Source: an uncultured Pelagibacteraceae bacterium (GTDB taxonomy: Bacteria; Pseudomonadota; Alphaproteobacteria; Pelagibacterales; Pelagibacteraceae). From it: 64,000 bases of DNA. The stretch is taken from NCBI GenBank assembly GCA_902595815.1, contig CACJRL010000006.1, forward strand, positions 4,612-68,611. Reading direction: 5' to 3'. The position numbers and the translations under genes are program-made. Shown one piece after another: positions 31,070 through 40,797 of the stretch. The notes below the pieces were generated by a model. It did not search any database. It saw only the letters and a program-made list of their open reading frames with translations, and was not told the origin of the DNA. The number at the start of each line of letters is the position of its first letter. Position 1 is the stretch's first letter.

Positions 31070-31824
31070 TATCCAAACCTCCCTGTAATATAATCCTGAG
31101 TTCTTTTATTTTCAGGATTCTTAAATATTTTATCAGTAGAACCATGTTCTATCAATTCTCCCAAATGAAAAAAGCCTGTGTTTTGGGATACTCTTGCTGC
31201 TTGAGCCATTGAATGAGTGACTATTATAATAGTATGGTCTTTTTTTAACTCATCAATTAGTTCTTCTATTTGAGCTGTAGCAATAGGATCTAAAGCAGAA
31301 CAAGGCTCGTCCATAAGAATAACTTCAGGTTTAACTGAAATAGCCCTTGCTATGCATAATCTTTGTTGTTGTCCACCAGACAAACCAGTACCTGGTTCAT
31401 GAAGTCTATCTTTAACCTCTTCCCATAATGCTGCCTTTTTTAAGCTAGTTTCAACTATTTCATCCATTTCATTCTTTGATTGAGCCATACCATGAATTGT
31501 TGGACCATAAGAAATATTTTCATAAATAGTTTTAGGAAAAGGATTTGGTTTTTGAAAAACCATACCAATTTTTTCTCTTAATCTAACAACATCACAACTT
31601 TTATCATTGATATCAAAATCATTAATTATAATCTGCCCTTTTACTCTACATATATCAATAACGTCATTCATTCGGTTTAGACATCTTAAAAAAGTAGATT
31701 TACCACAACCTGAAGGCCCAATCAGTGCTGTAACTTGATTTTCTTCAATATCTAAATTTATATTGAATAGAGCTTGTTTTTTTCCATAGAAAACATCTAC
31801 ATTTTTTGAATTTATCTTTATCAT
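31069..31824 (-). CDS. pstB: Phosphate ABC transporter ATP-binding protein; start revised to ATG 31824
   Basis: [40 protein letters not shown]. Confidence 0.97.
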   Translation of the reverse strand: MIKINSKNVDVFYGKKQALFNINLDIEENQVTALIGPSGCGKSTFLRCLNRMNDVIDICRVKGQIIINDFDINDKSCDVVRLREKIGMVFQKPNPFPKTIYENISYGPTIHGMAQSKNEMDEIVETSLKKAALWEEVKDRLHEPGTGLSGGQQQRLCIARAISVKPEVILMDEPCSALDPIATAQIEELIDELKKDHTIIIVTHSMAQAARVSQNTGFFHLGELIEHGSTDKIFKNPENKRTQDYITGRFG

Positions 31825-31825
31825 C

Positions 31826-33094
31826 TTAACTCCATTTTTTTTCAAATTTATGTCTAATTATTTGTGCAAATAAGTTCATTATAATTAAAAATCCTAATAG
31901 AACCATAATACAGGCAGAAACTTTCTCAACAAAACCTCTTTCAGCGCTCTCTGCCCAAATATAAATTTGCACTGGCAAACTTGCAGCTGGATCTAAAGGA
32001 GATCCTGGTATTGTATTTACAAAAGCCACCATGCCAATCAATATCAAAGGTGCGGTTTCGCCTAAAGCTTGGGCTAAACCAATTATTGTACCGGATAAAG
32101 TCCCTGGCATAGATAACGGAACTGTATGATGCATTGTAGTTTGCATTTTACTAGCACCCATTGCAAGTGCTGCCTCTCTTATACTTGGAGGAACTGCTTT
32201 TAAAGATGCTCTACAAGCAATAATAATTGTTGGTAAAGTCATCAACGATAAAGTTATTCCACCGACTAGAGGTGTTGACCTAGGTAATTGAAATACAGCA
32301 AGTAAAATACCCAGTCCTAAAAGACCAAAAACAATTGAAGGTACTGCTGCTAAATTATTTATATTTACCTCAATAAAATCAGTAAATCTGTTTTTAGGAG
32401 CAAATTCCTCTAAATAAATAGCTGCTAGAACTGCTACAGGAAAAGCTATCATTAAACAAACAAGTATAGAAAATATTGATCCCATAAATGAACTTGCTAT
32501 ACCAGCTAATTCAGCTTCTCTTGAATCAGGATATGTAAAAAAACTTAAATTGAATTTACTTTCAACTTTTCCTAGTTCTACAAGTTGATCAAAAATCTTT
32601 AATTGATAATCCGTAACTCTTCTTTGATCTTCAGGTAAATCTCTTGGATAATTGCCTTTAAATACTTGATCTAAATCATCTGAGGCAGTTAAATAAACAT
32701 CTTTAGTTTTTCCAATTAATGAAGGGTCGTTTAAAAGTTCCCTTTTAATCTCTCTTTCGAAAAAGTAAGAGACCATTCTCTTCAGCTCATTTTCTTGATC
32801 CTCATTAGCATTTGGATCCAAATCAGCCATTGATTTTAATGCTATATCGTAATAATCAGCATCTTTTAAATCCTCTTTAGAAGGATTTTGCTCTAACATC
32901 ATTAATTCAGCATCAAAAGTAACTGGAACAATAAGCCAAGTTTTTTGAAAGGCTGAATAGCCTGTCGAAAAAATTTTAAAAATAAAGATTGTTAAAAATA
33001 AAAGTGCCATAAAAATTGCACTTTGACCGTATAATCGAAATCTCTTTTCAGCTTTATATCTTTTATTTAATAATTGTTCTTTATTTTTATTCAT
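31826..33094 (-). CDS. pstA: Phosphate ABC transporter permease PstA
   Basis: [30 protein letters not shown]. Confidence 0.96.
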   Translation of the reverse strand: MNKNKEQLLNKRYKAEKRFRLYGQSAIFMALLFLTIFIFKIFSTGYSAFQKTWLIVPVTFDAELMMLEQNPSKEDLKDADYYDIALKSMADLDPNANEDQENELKRMVSYFFEREIKRELLNDPSLIGKTKDVYLTASDDLDQVFKGNYPRDLPEDQRRVTDYQLKIFDQLVELGKVESKFNLSFFTYPDSREAELAGIASSFMGSIFSILVCLMIAFPVAVLAAIYLEEFAPKNRFTDFIEVNINNLAAVPSIVFGLLGLGILLAVFQLPRSTPLVGGITLSLMTLPTIIIACRASLKAVPPSIREAALAMGASKMQTTMHHTVPLSMPGTLSGTIIGLAQALGETAPLILIGMVAFVNTIPGSPLDPAASLPVQIYIWAESAERGFVEKVSACIMVLLGFLIIMNLFAQIIRHKFEKKWS

Positions 33095-34472
33095 ATTTTT
33101 CTCTATATTTTTTAACTACTCTTAAGGCCACAATATTCAAACAGAGCGTTACTAAAAATAATGACATACCTAAAGCAAATGCAGCTTGCGTTTTTGGGTC
33201 GCCAAAAGCTTGATCTCCAATTAATATTACAACAATTTGCGCTGTAATTGTTGAAGTAGATTCTAATGGATTTAAAGTTAAATTAGCAGCTAAACCAGAG
33301 GCCATAACAACTATCATTGTTTCTCCAATTGCTCTTGAAACACCAAGCAAAATAGATCCAACTATACCAGGCAATGCTGCAGGAAAAATAACTTTTTTTA
33401 TTGTTTCTGATTTGGTTGCTCCCATGGCATAACTTCCATCTCTTAAACTTTGAGGTACACTTGTAATCACATCGTCACTTAAACTTGAAATGAATGGTAT
33501 AATCATAATGCCCATTACTCCGCCTGCCGCTAAAGCGCTTTCAGCTGAAACGTCTAAACCCATGCTATTACCTATTTCCTTTAAAAAAGGTCCAACTGTT
33601 AGAGCAGCAAAAAATCCATAAACAACTGTTGGTATACCAGCTAAAATTTCAATTAAAGGTTTTGCGTATTGTCTAACTTTAACTGATGCATACTCAGCCA
33701 AATAAATTCCACTCATTAGTCCAATAGGAATAGCAACACACATAGCTATGAAAGCAATAAAAAAAGTACCAGCAAAAATAGGGACTGCTCCAAAAGTATC
33801 GGAGTACATTGTCGGATCTAAAGCCTCTGAAGAATCTCTAACAAAAGCTTTTGCAGGATACCAATGAGTTCCAAAGACAAAATCAAATAATGGAATTACT
33901 TTAAAAAAATCTATAGTTTGAAATATAAGTGAAAATACTATTCCAACAGTAGTCAATATTGCAGCTAAAGAAGCTGTAAATAAAACTGCTTTCAAAAATT
34001 TTTCAACTGGTTCTCTTGTTCTAGAGTTAGATGAAATTTTTTTATAAGCGTAAGCAACAGAGGCAATAATTATAGATAATACTATAACAGCTTTTGAACT
34101 TTGAGCTATTGATCGAAGACTTAAATATTTTTCAGCTGAAGCCTCAATAAAAGGTGTAATTTCTCCGGTAAATTGTCCTCGAGACAATGCTTTTGTTTTT
34201 TCGTAAATTAAATTTAATTCATCATCAAGATAGCCTTGATTTGAATAATCACTTAAGATTAATAATTTTACAATTGTGGGCTCAAAAATTGCCCATAAAG
34301 AAAAAATTATAAAAGCTGGTATTGCACACCAAATTGCAAGATAATAACCATAAAATTGTGGTAATGCAGTTAATCTTTTATTTGTAGATTGAATTGTATA
34401 TGCTTTTCTACGTCCAAAATAATAACTTGTGAAACCCAGAAGAACAATAAATGTAAACAATATTAAGTTCAA
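33087..34472 (-). CDS. pstC: Phosphate ABC transporter permease PstC (TTG start)
   Basis: IYLAEYA, EILAGIPTVVYGFFA, SRAIGETM. Confidence 0.96.
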   Translation of the reverse strand: MNLILFTFIVLLGFTSYYFGRRKAYTIQSTNKRLTALPQFYGYYLAIWCAIPAFIIFSLWAIFEPTIVKLLILSDYSNQGYLDDELNLIYEKTKALSRGQFTGEITPFIEASAEKYLSLRSIAQSSKAVIVLSIIIASVAYAYKKISSNSRTREPVEKFLKAVLFTASLAAILTTVGIVFSLIFQTIDFFKVIPLFDFVFGTHWYPAKAFVRDSSEALDPTMYSDTFGAVPIFAGTFFIAFIAMCVAIPIGLMSGIYLAEYASVKVRQYAKPLIEILAGIPTVVYGFFAALTVGPFLKEIGNSMGLDVSAESALAAGGVMGIMIIPFISSLSDDVITSVPQSLRDGSYAMGATKSETIKKVIFPAALPGIVGSILLGVSRAIGETMIVVMASGLAANLTLNPLESTSTITAQIVVILIGDQAFGDPKTQAAFALGMSLFLVTLCLNIVALRVVKKYREKYE

Positions 34473-34507
34473 AGAATCTCCTTTATTGAGGACTTTACTC
34501 TTATTTC

Positions 34508-34539
34508 AAAAAAAAGGGGTCTAAAAAGACCCCTTTTTT
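34508..34539 (-). terminator. Intercistronic terminator/stabilising hairpin after pstS
   Basis: GGGGTC-TAAAAA-GACCCC stem-loop flanked by A8 and T6 tracts. Confidence 0.85.
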
Positions 34540-34563
34540 AATTATTTGTTAACAGAGTAATAA

Positions 34564-35595
34564 TTAATTACCCATAGCAACTAGCTTCGTAGCATTAGTT
34601 CTAGTTGTTTTATATAACTTAGAGTCTAATGGAACTAAACCAATATCTGCTAAGTAACCACCTTTTCCAATAGCTTTCTTAGTTGTGAATTCTTTCACAA
34701 ACTCATGTAATCCTGGGATTACTCCAACGTGAGCTTTTTTCACATAGAAAAATAATGGTCTTGCAACTGCATAACTGTAGTCTTGAATACTCGCTAGAGA
34801 GGGTTGTCCACCATCTATGCTAGCAGCTTGTAATTTATCTTTAGCAGCTAAGAAATAGCTGAAACCAAAGAAACCAAACATATCTTTATCTTGAGTTAAC
34901 TTTTGGATGATTAAACTATCGTTTTCTCCTACTTCAATAGCAGCTCCATCTTCTCTGTAAAGTTTTTCTGGTTTTTTGTATTTTTTATTTCCAGCCTCAT
35001 AACCAGCTTTATAAAGAGCTTTAGCTTCTTTAGTCATACCTTTTTTCATTACTAAAGAATTCCAAGCATCTCTAGTTCCTGATGTTCCTGGTGGGATCAT
35101 TACTGAAATTTTTTGTTTTGGTAAGCTAGGGTCAATTTGGTCCCAAGTTTTATAAATATTTGGAACTAACTTACCATCAACTACTGTATGAGCAGCTAAT
35201 GCTAAATATAATTGTTCTTTAGTAAAGTTTACTGGTTTTGCATCTTTGCTGTAAGCTAATGTAATACCATCGTTACCAATTACGATCTCAACAATATCAT
35301 TTACACCATTTTTCTTACATAGGGCTTTCTCTTTGTCTTTCATAGCTCTTGATGCATTTGTAATATCTGGATGTTGCTCACCAACACCAGCACAGAATAG
35401 TTTAGCTCCTCCACCAGTACCAGTCGACTCGATTACAGGAGTTTTGAATCCTGAACCACCAAATCTTTCAGCAACAACAGTCGCGTAAGGGAATACTGTA
35501 GACGAACCAACTATCTTAATTTGATCTCTTGCTTGAGCAACAGTTGCTATTGATAGAGCAACTAAAGAAGCAATCACTATAGTTAGTTTTTTCAT
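34564..35595 (-). CDS. pstS: Phosphate ABC transporter substrate-binding protein
   Basis: Signal peptide, IKIVGSSTV, ESTGTGGG, NASR, SGTRD, RPLFFY. Confidence 0.97.
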   Translation of the reverse strand: MKKLTIVIASLVALSIATVAQARDQIKIVGSSTVFPYATVVAERFGGSGFKTPVIESTGTGGGAKLFCAGVGEQHPDITNASRAMKDKEKALCKKNGVNDIVEIVIGNDGITLAYSKDAKPVNFTKEQLYLALAAHTVVDGKLVPNIYKTWDQIDPSLPKQKISVMIPPGTSGTRDAWNSLVMKKGMTKEAKALYKAGYEAGNKKYKKPEKLYREDGAAIEVGENDSLIIQKLTQDKDMFGFFGFSYFLAAKDKLQAASIDGGQPSLASIQDYSYAVARPLFFYVKKAHVGVIPGLHEFVKEFTTKKAIGKGGYLADIGLVPLDSKLYKTTRTNATKLVAMGN

Positions 35596-35665
35596 TATCT
35601 TTAATCCTTTCGTTATTTATTAATTAAAAGATGCCTGACTCGTATAAATTTATTGAATCTTTAAT

Positions 35666-35694
35666 ATTACAGAATTATTACAGTTTTGTTAAAA
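35666..35694 (-). promoter_or_regulatory. Pho box array upstream of pstS
   Basis: Minus strand TTTTAAC-AAAA-CTGTAAT-AATT-CTGTAAT, three half sites at 11-bp period. Confidence 0.9.
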
Positions 35695-35704
35695 ACCTAA
35701 CTTT

Positions 35705-36313
35705 TTAGTTGTATTTCATTGAGACAATAATCTCACTATTTTCAGTTTCTAGACCACCTTTGCATGAAACTGGATTTACGTTATCCTTAAAAGCAAGATC
35801 TGGGGTTGGTCTTAAGACAACTTCCAGTTTTACCAAATTAACTAATTCCTCAAGAACACTTTGATCATAACGCCATTTTGGCCAACTAGTAGGAGTAGAA
35901 AAAATAGATGTTAAATAGCTTGTCGCCATAGTAAACCTATAATTACTCATATTTTCATTTCTCAGTAAATGATCTCTAACAGAATTAAATATGTTTCGAC
36001 ATCTCAATGAATCTGACATGTAGTTCTCTTTTTTTAAATTTTCATTTACTGGAATTGAAACAATTAAATCTACTGTATTTCTCCAATATGAACTGAGAAC
36101 ATCTATATATATATCTTCGTATGGTACATCTTTATGTTTTTTTATTTCAGGATATGCACTTTTTAAGTCTTCCTGTAATCTAAAGATACCAATATCAAAA
36201 ACAGTTAATTGCTGGTTTCTTAAAATTGTAGAAATATCAGATGCATTACTTTTAGTAATGATCGACATTAAAAAAAAAATAATAATTAAAATACTATGAA
36301 ATATCTTAATCAT
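35705..36313 (-). CDS. Hypothetical secreted/periplasmic protein
   Basis: 202 aa, hydrophobic N-terminus ending in SNA-S (signal-peptide-like), two Cys; family not recognised. Confidence 0.75.
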   Translation of the reverse strand: MIKIFHSILIIIFFLMSIITKSNASDISTILRNQQLTVFDIGIFRLQEDLKSAYPEIKKHKDVPYEDIYIDVLSSYWRNTVDLIVSIPVNENLKKENYMSDSLRCRNIFNSVRDHLLRNENMSNYRFTMATSYLTSIFSTPTSWPKWRYDQSVLEELVNLVKLEVVLRPTPDLAFKDNVNPVSCKGGLETENSEIIVSMKYN

Positions 36314-36407
36314 AAACTAATTTTAAATAAACTAAGATACGAATCAACAAAAGATTTGTTAAATCTTGGTTGAATAAGAGTTAATTTTAAACAATTTTTT
36401 AAATTAA

Positions 36408-37556
36408 TTATTTTGTTGGAAGATATATCTTAATTTCAGTACCTTCATTAACTTTACTGAGAATCTCATAGTCACCTCTGTGTTGAGATATAATATGTTT
36501 CATTATAGCTAAACCTAAACCTGTACCACCAACCTTTTTACTTTTTTCTGTATCTACTCTAAAAAATCTCTCAGTTATTCTTGGAATTAGCTGGTGAGGT
36601 ATTCCGACACCTTCATCTTTAATGCTAATGGCAATATTTTTATCAATTAATTTACCTTCACTATTTTGACTTTTTACGTATATATTTTTTCCATCTTGTG
36701 AATATTTAATTGAATTATCAATTAAATTTGAAAATACAGTTAACAATTTATCATTATCACCAAAAACTAAGGTTGGTTCCATAAGTTCAATATGTAAATT
36801 GATTTTCTTTTTTTTAAGAATTAATTCAAAGTTACTTTTAATATTTGTAAAAAGATCATTTAAGCTCACAATTTTATTAGGCTTGATATGTTCTTCCAAT
36901 TCTATTCTACTTAAAATCAATAAATCATTGATTAGGTTTTCCATTCTTAATACTTGATCAGACATGATAGACATAAATTTTTTTTGCGCCTCTTGGTCTT
37001 TTGAAGCTGGTCCAAGAATAGTTTCTAAAGAACCTTTAATCGAAACTAAAGGTGTTCTTAATTCATGACTCACATTTGCAACAAAATCAGTTTTTAGTTT
37101 TTGTGCTTTTGTTATTTCTGTAAAATCTTTTAGAAACAATACGACAGAGTTTATTTCTGGAAACAAATAGGTCGGACCAGGAATAACATAGATTTTGTAA
37201 AGTTGATAAGATGGTAAATTTATTTCTACATTGACATTTTTTGTAGTTTGATCTTTGATAGCCTCTTCAATCGTTTCTAATAATTTTGTATCTCTTATTA
37301 CACTTGAAATATTTTTATCAATTAAGTTTTCTCCAAAACGTTGTTTTGCACTTTTGTTTAGATATTTGATTAAATTATATTTATCTAAAGCAAAGAATTG
37401 ATCTTCTAATTCTTCAATAATTACTCTTTTTCCTAAATCATCCTTATTGGTCTTATTTACAACTGGAGCTGTATTTTCTGGCTTAATATTTTTTTTAAAT
37501 AAAAAATATAATAAAATAATTATTACAACTATGAGTATCAACTCTGTCCAAAACAT
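36408..37556 (-). CDS. phoR: Phosphate regulon sensor histidine kinase
   Basis: One N-terminal TM, PAS-like region, FVANVSHELRTPL, NLIDNSIKY, TERFFRVD, GGTGLGLAIMKH. Confidence 0.92.
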   Translation of the reverse strand: MFWTELILIVVIIILLYFLFKKNIKPENTAPVVNKTNKDDLGKRVIIEELEDQFFALDKYNLIKYLNKSAKQRFGENLIDKNISSVIRDTKLLETIEEAIKDQTTKNVNVEINLPSYQLYKIYVIPGPTYLFPEINSVVLFLKDFTEITKAQKLKTDFVANVSHELRTPLVSIKGSLETILGPASKDQEAQKKFMSIMSDQVLRMENLINDLLILSRIELEEHIKPNKIVSLNDLFTNIKSNFELILKKKKINLHIELMEPTLVFGDNDKLLTVFSNLIDNSIKYSQDGKNIYVKSQNSEGKLIDKNIAISIKDEGVGIPHQLIPRITERFFRVDTEKSKKVGGTGLGLAIMKHIISQHRGDYEILSKVNEGTEIKIYLPTK

Positions 37557-37590
37557 GGATATGTTTTAACAAATGTAATGAATATTGTCT

Positions 37591-38598
37591 TTAATAATTA
37601 GGTGAAATATTTTCAAAAAATATTTTTGCTGTTTCTTCCCATGAATATTTTTTTGCAAAATCAAGACAATCTTGGCGACTTACCTTCAAAGCTTTTAAAG
37701 CAGAAGCCTTCAAATCATCATCTAAAGTATCAATATTAGTACCCCCTAATATATCTTTAGGTCCCGGCACAGGGTAAGCTGCAACTGGTGTACCACAATT
37801 TAATGATTCCAAAACAACAATACCAAATGTATCAGTTTTACTAGGAAAAACAAAAACGTCTGATGATGCAAAATGAGATGCTAATTCTCCATTAGTCTTT
37901 TCACCTAAAAAAATATCATTTGGATATTTTTTTTTCAAATTGTTTAGGTCTGGACCTTTTCCAATAATAACTTTAGTACCTTCAAGATCGAGATCTAAAA
38001 ATGCTTTAATATTTTTTTCAACTGCAATCCTACCAACATATATCCATATAGGTCTTTTATAAGGTAAGTCTCTCTTAATGGGGTTTTTAAACGCGCCATG
38101 ATTACCTCCCCTGGTCCATGTAACCATTTTATTGTTATCAATACCTAAAGAAATTAACTCTTCACGCATGGATTCTGTTGTCACTAAAATTCTTTCAGCT
38201 TTATTATGAAAATTGCATAAAAATTTTTCTGACCATTTAGCTGGAATGATAGGCATATAAAGTTTCATGTATTTATCAAATCTTGTGTGAAAACTTGTGG
38301 TAAATTTTAAGCCATTTTTAATGCAATGTCTTCGTGCCATAAACCCTAAGGGTCCTTCTGTTGCAATATGTATTGCATCAGGTTTAATTGAATTAATTAA
38401 ATTACTTACACGGGGCCAAACATTTAAGGACAATCTAATTTCATTATATTTTGGCATTGGCACGGTAAGAAATTGTTGAGGAGTAATATATTCAATAGTT
38501 TGACCTTGTGATTTAAGAATTTCACCAGTTTCGTGGAGAGTTCTTACAACACCATTAACTTGAGGGTAATAAGCATCGGTAACAATTAATATTTTCAT
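37591..38598 (-). CDS. agt: GT4 glycosyltransferase, Agt-like glycolipid synthase
   Basis: TDAYYPQVNGVVRTL, HIATEGPLG, YVGRIAVEKN, FPSKTDTFG; directly downstream of plcP. Confidence 0.85.
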   Translation of the reverse strand: MKILIVTDAYYPQVNGVVRTLHETGEILKSQGQTIEYITPQQFLTVPMPKYNEIRLSLNVWPRVSNLINSIKPDAIHIATEGPLGFMARRHCIKNGLKFTTSFHTRFDKYMKLYMPIIPAKWSEKFLCNFHNKAERILVTTESMREELISLGIDNNKMVTWTRGGNHGAFKNPIKRDLPYKRPIWIYVGRIAVEKNIKAFLDLDLEGTKVIIGKGPDLNNLKKKYPNDIFLGEKTNGELASHFASSDVFVFPSKTDTFGIVVLESLNCGTPVAAYPVPGPKDILGGTNIDTLDDDLKASALKALKVSRQDCLDFAKKYSWEETAKIFFENISPNY

Positions 38599-38601
38599 TC
38601 T

Positions 38602-39408
38602 TTAAGATGCTTTTTTGAATGAACCGATCCTGTTATTATCAATATTTTCTGAAATATATTCGTTTCTTTTTTTATCCCAATAAATTATCTCAAAAGTTCC
38701 ATCATATTTTTCTGCCAAGGCTGTACATGACTCAACCCAATCGCCACAATTTAAATAATTAACACCATCAAGATTTAAATTTTCAGCATGATGTATGTGT
38801 CCACAAATTATTCCATCAAATTTTTTCCTTTTTGCATATGAAGAAAGTGTGTTTTCATATTCACCTATAAATTTTACAGCATTTTTTACCTTATATTTTA
38901 AAAATTTTGCTAATGACCAATAGTCTTTACCTCTCAATTTTCTAAAAAAATTTATAATAACATTAATTTTAAGTAATAATTCATAGGCAATGGCTCCTAA
39001 TTTAGAAAGCCATTTAGCATATTTCATTACTCCGTCCCAAGCATCACCATGAACAACTAAATATTTTTTTCCTAACTGCGTTTCATGAATAACTCTATTT
39101 ACTATTTTAATATCACCTAAATGCATTGGAATAAATTTTCTAAATATCTCATCATGATTTCCAATTATGTAAAATACTTTTGTCCCGTGCCTGGCTTTTC
39201 TCAATATTTTTTGTATGACATCATTATGCTCTTGAGGCCAATAGAAATTCTTTTGCATTGCCCAAACATCGATTATATCTCCAACTAAATAAAGGTTCTC
39301 GGATCTTGAATTCTTAAAAAATTCTAAAAGCTTGTTAGCTTGACAACCTTTGGTACCAAGATGCACATCAGATATAAATATACTCTTATATTTTAATAAC
39401 GGAGGCAT
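38602..39408 (-). CDS. plcP: PlcP-type phospholipase C (LpxH-like metallophosphoesterase)
   Basis: ISDVHLG, LVGDIID, GNHD, HGD, CGHIH, YLNCGDWVESCTA; context of agt, DAG kinase and phoR. Confidence 0.88.
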   Translation of the reverse strand: MPPLLKYKSIFISDVHLGTKGCQANKLLEFFKNSRSENLYLVGDIIDVWAMQKNFYWPQEHNDVIQKILRKARHGTKVFYIIGNHDEIFRKFIPMHLGDIKIVNRVIHETQLGKKYLVVHGDAWDGVMKYAKWLSKLGAIAYELLLKINVIINFFRKLRGKDYWSLAKFLKYKVKNAVKFIGEYENTLSSYAKRKKFDGIICGHIHHAENLNLDGVNYLNCGDWVESCTALAEKYDGTFEIIYWDKKRNEYISENIDNNRIGSFKKAS

Positions 39409-39422
39409 TAAAAAAACCTATT

Positions 39423-39476
39423 TTGTAACACAACTGTAACTCGAATCATTTAATTCTTATGTCATTGAAATGTTAA
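39423..39476 (+). promoter_or_regulatory. Two Pho-box-like pairs in the divergent plcP / DAG-kinase region
   Basis: TTGTAAC-ACAA-CTGTAAC (39423-39440) and ATGTCAT-TGAA-ATGTTAA (39459-39476), each with 11-bp spacing. Confidence 0.75.
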
Positions 39477-39507
39477 AGATTTATTAAAAATTAGTTACGA
39501 AAAAATT

Positions 39508-40392
39508 ATGCATTATTGTTTGATTTATAACCTTAATTCTTCAACAGGGAAAAAAATAAAATTTGTAAATAAGATTTATGAAAAATTAAAAATTAACAAC
39601 TCTGTAGATTATTTCAAAACTAAATCTGAAAAAGAGGCGAAAGAAATATTTTTGGAATTTAAAAATAAAAATTATGATAGATTGATAGTTGCTGGTGGAG
39701 ATGGATCAGTATCATTTGCAATCAATGAATTGATAAAAAATGACTTTGATTTTAATGATAAATTTGCAATTGGGTATATACCAGCTGGAACAGCCAATTT
39801 ACTTCAAGCAGAGTTATCGATAAATAAAAAAGTAGATGATATTTGTAATATTTTAACATCAAATAACTATAAACAATCTAATCTTATAAAAATTAATAAA
39901 AATTATTTTTTTTTAATGGCTGGTATTGGTTGGGATGCTAAAATTGTTCACTCTATTGATACACGTATAAAAAAAATACTTGGTAAGATAATATTTGGTT
40001 TAAAAGGGTTTCAGCATTTTTTATTTATGAAAAATAATAAACTTGATGTTTTCTTTGATGGTCAAAAACATCAAGCTGATTGGATATTAAGTTCTAATAC
40101 CAAATATTATGCTGGTCATCATAAGATAAATAAGTCAAACATTTTTGATGATAGATTAATAACTTATGTCTTTAAAGATTTAAGTAGGCTAAAACTAATG
40201 TATTATATTATTTTGATAATTATTTATGGAGATTTATCAAGAAACAAATCTGTTATAACTACCTATTCAAAAAGTATCCAAATTAATTGCAATAATTTTG
40301 AAATTCCCGTTCAGGTTGATGGAGATAATTTTGGATGTCACAATAAGATTGATATTGAATTTTCAAAAAAAAAAGTAAATTTTTTACTATAA
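39508..40392 (+). CDS. Diacylglycerol kinase family lipid kinase (DagK/YegS-like)
   Basis: VAGGDGS, IPAGTAN, MAGIGWDA, QVDGD. Confidence 0.9.
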   Translation: MHYCLIYNLNSSTGKKIKFVNKIYEKLKINNSVDYFKTKSEKEAKEIFLEFKNKNYDRLIVAGGDGSVSFAINELIKNDFDFNDKFAIGYIPAGTANLLQAELSINKKVDDICNILTSNNYKQSNLIKINKNYFFLMAGIGWDAKIVHSIDTRIKKILGKIIFGLKGFQHFLFMKNNKLDVFFDGQKHQADWILSSNTKYYAGHHKINKSNIFDDRLITYVFKDLSRLKLMYYIILIIIYGDLSRNKSVITTYSKSIQINCNNFEIPVQVDGDNFGCHNKIDIEFSKKKVNFLL

Positions 40393-40476
40393 TTTAAATA
40401 ACAAAATTTTAGACAAATTATTTTACTTATAAATTTAAATTAAATATAATAATTTAAAATTTCATAGGAGGTGATG

Positions 40477-40686
40477 ATGGGTAAGAAGTTAAAGAAAAAT
40501 GAAAGAAGAAAAAAAAAGTTTATCAAATCAATAGATAAACTTAAAAATAAAATTAATTTAAAGGAAAAAAAACTAGCTAAAATTAATATAAAAATCGCAG
40601 GTATTGAAAAAAAAGTTGCCGAAAAAAAAGCAAAAAAAATAGCTAAAAAGAAAACCAGTGAGAGTCCTGCGTCTGTAAATAATTAA
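40477..40686 (+). CDS. Small lysine-rich basic protein of unknown function (likely start ATG 40477)
   Basis: About 25 Lys in ~70 aa; preceded by AGGAGGTGAT, a 10-nt match to the canonical anti-SD. Confidence 0.7.
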   Translation: MGKKLKKNERRKKKFIKSIDKLKNKINLKEKKLAKINIKIAGIEKKVAEKKAKKIAKKKTSESPASVNN

Positions 40687-40691
40687 TATAT

Positions 40692-40797
40692 AAAAATTGT
40701 CCCTCCCCTCTTTTATAACAAAAAGGGGAAGGTAGTTAATCAACAAAATCTTAAACAAAGAGGAAATGAAGATGTTTTATTATTTAAGATTTCTGTT
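40692..40797 (-). ncRNA. Candidate small RNA (two stem-loops, CU-rich loop)
   Basis: Stem 40797-40783/40755-40742; 13-bp stem 40732-40701 whose two G-U pairs exist only on the minus strand; upstream Pho-like half sites. Confidence 0.45.

Noticed and set aside
36344-36373. Imperfect inverted repeat between phoR and the hypothetical secreted gene
   Set aside because: AT-rich stem with an internal loop and no clear U tract; cannot be called a terminator or operator from sequence alone.
37557-37591. Pho-like half sites upstream of phoR (TTTTAAC, ATGTAAT, TTGTCTT)
   Set aside because: Spacings are 9 and 12 bp rather than 11, and they read on the strand opposite to phoR.
40573-40758. 61-aa minus-strand Phe-rich ORF
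   Set aside because: TTG start without an SD, crosses a strong hairpin, and its Phe richness mirrors the Lys codons of the plus-strand gene.
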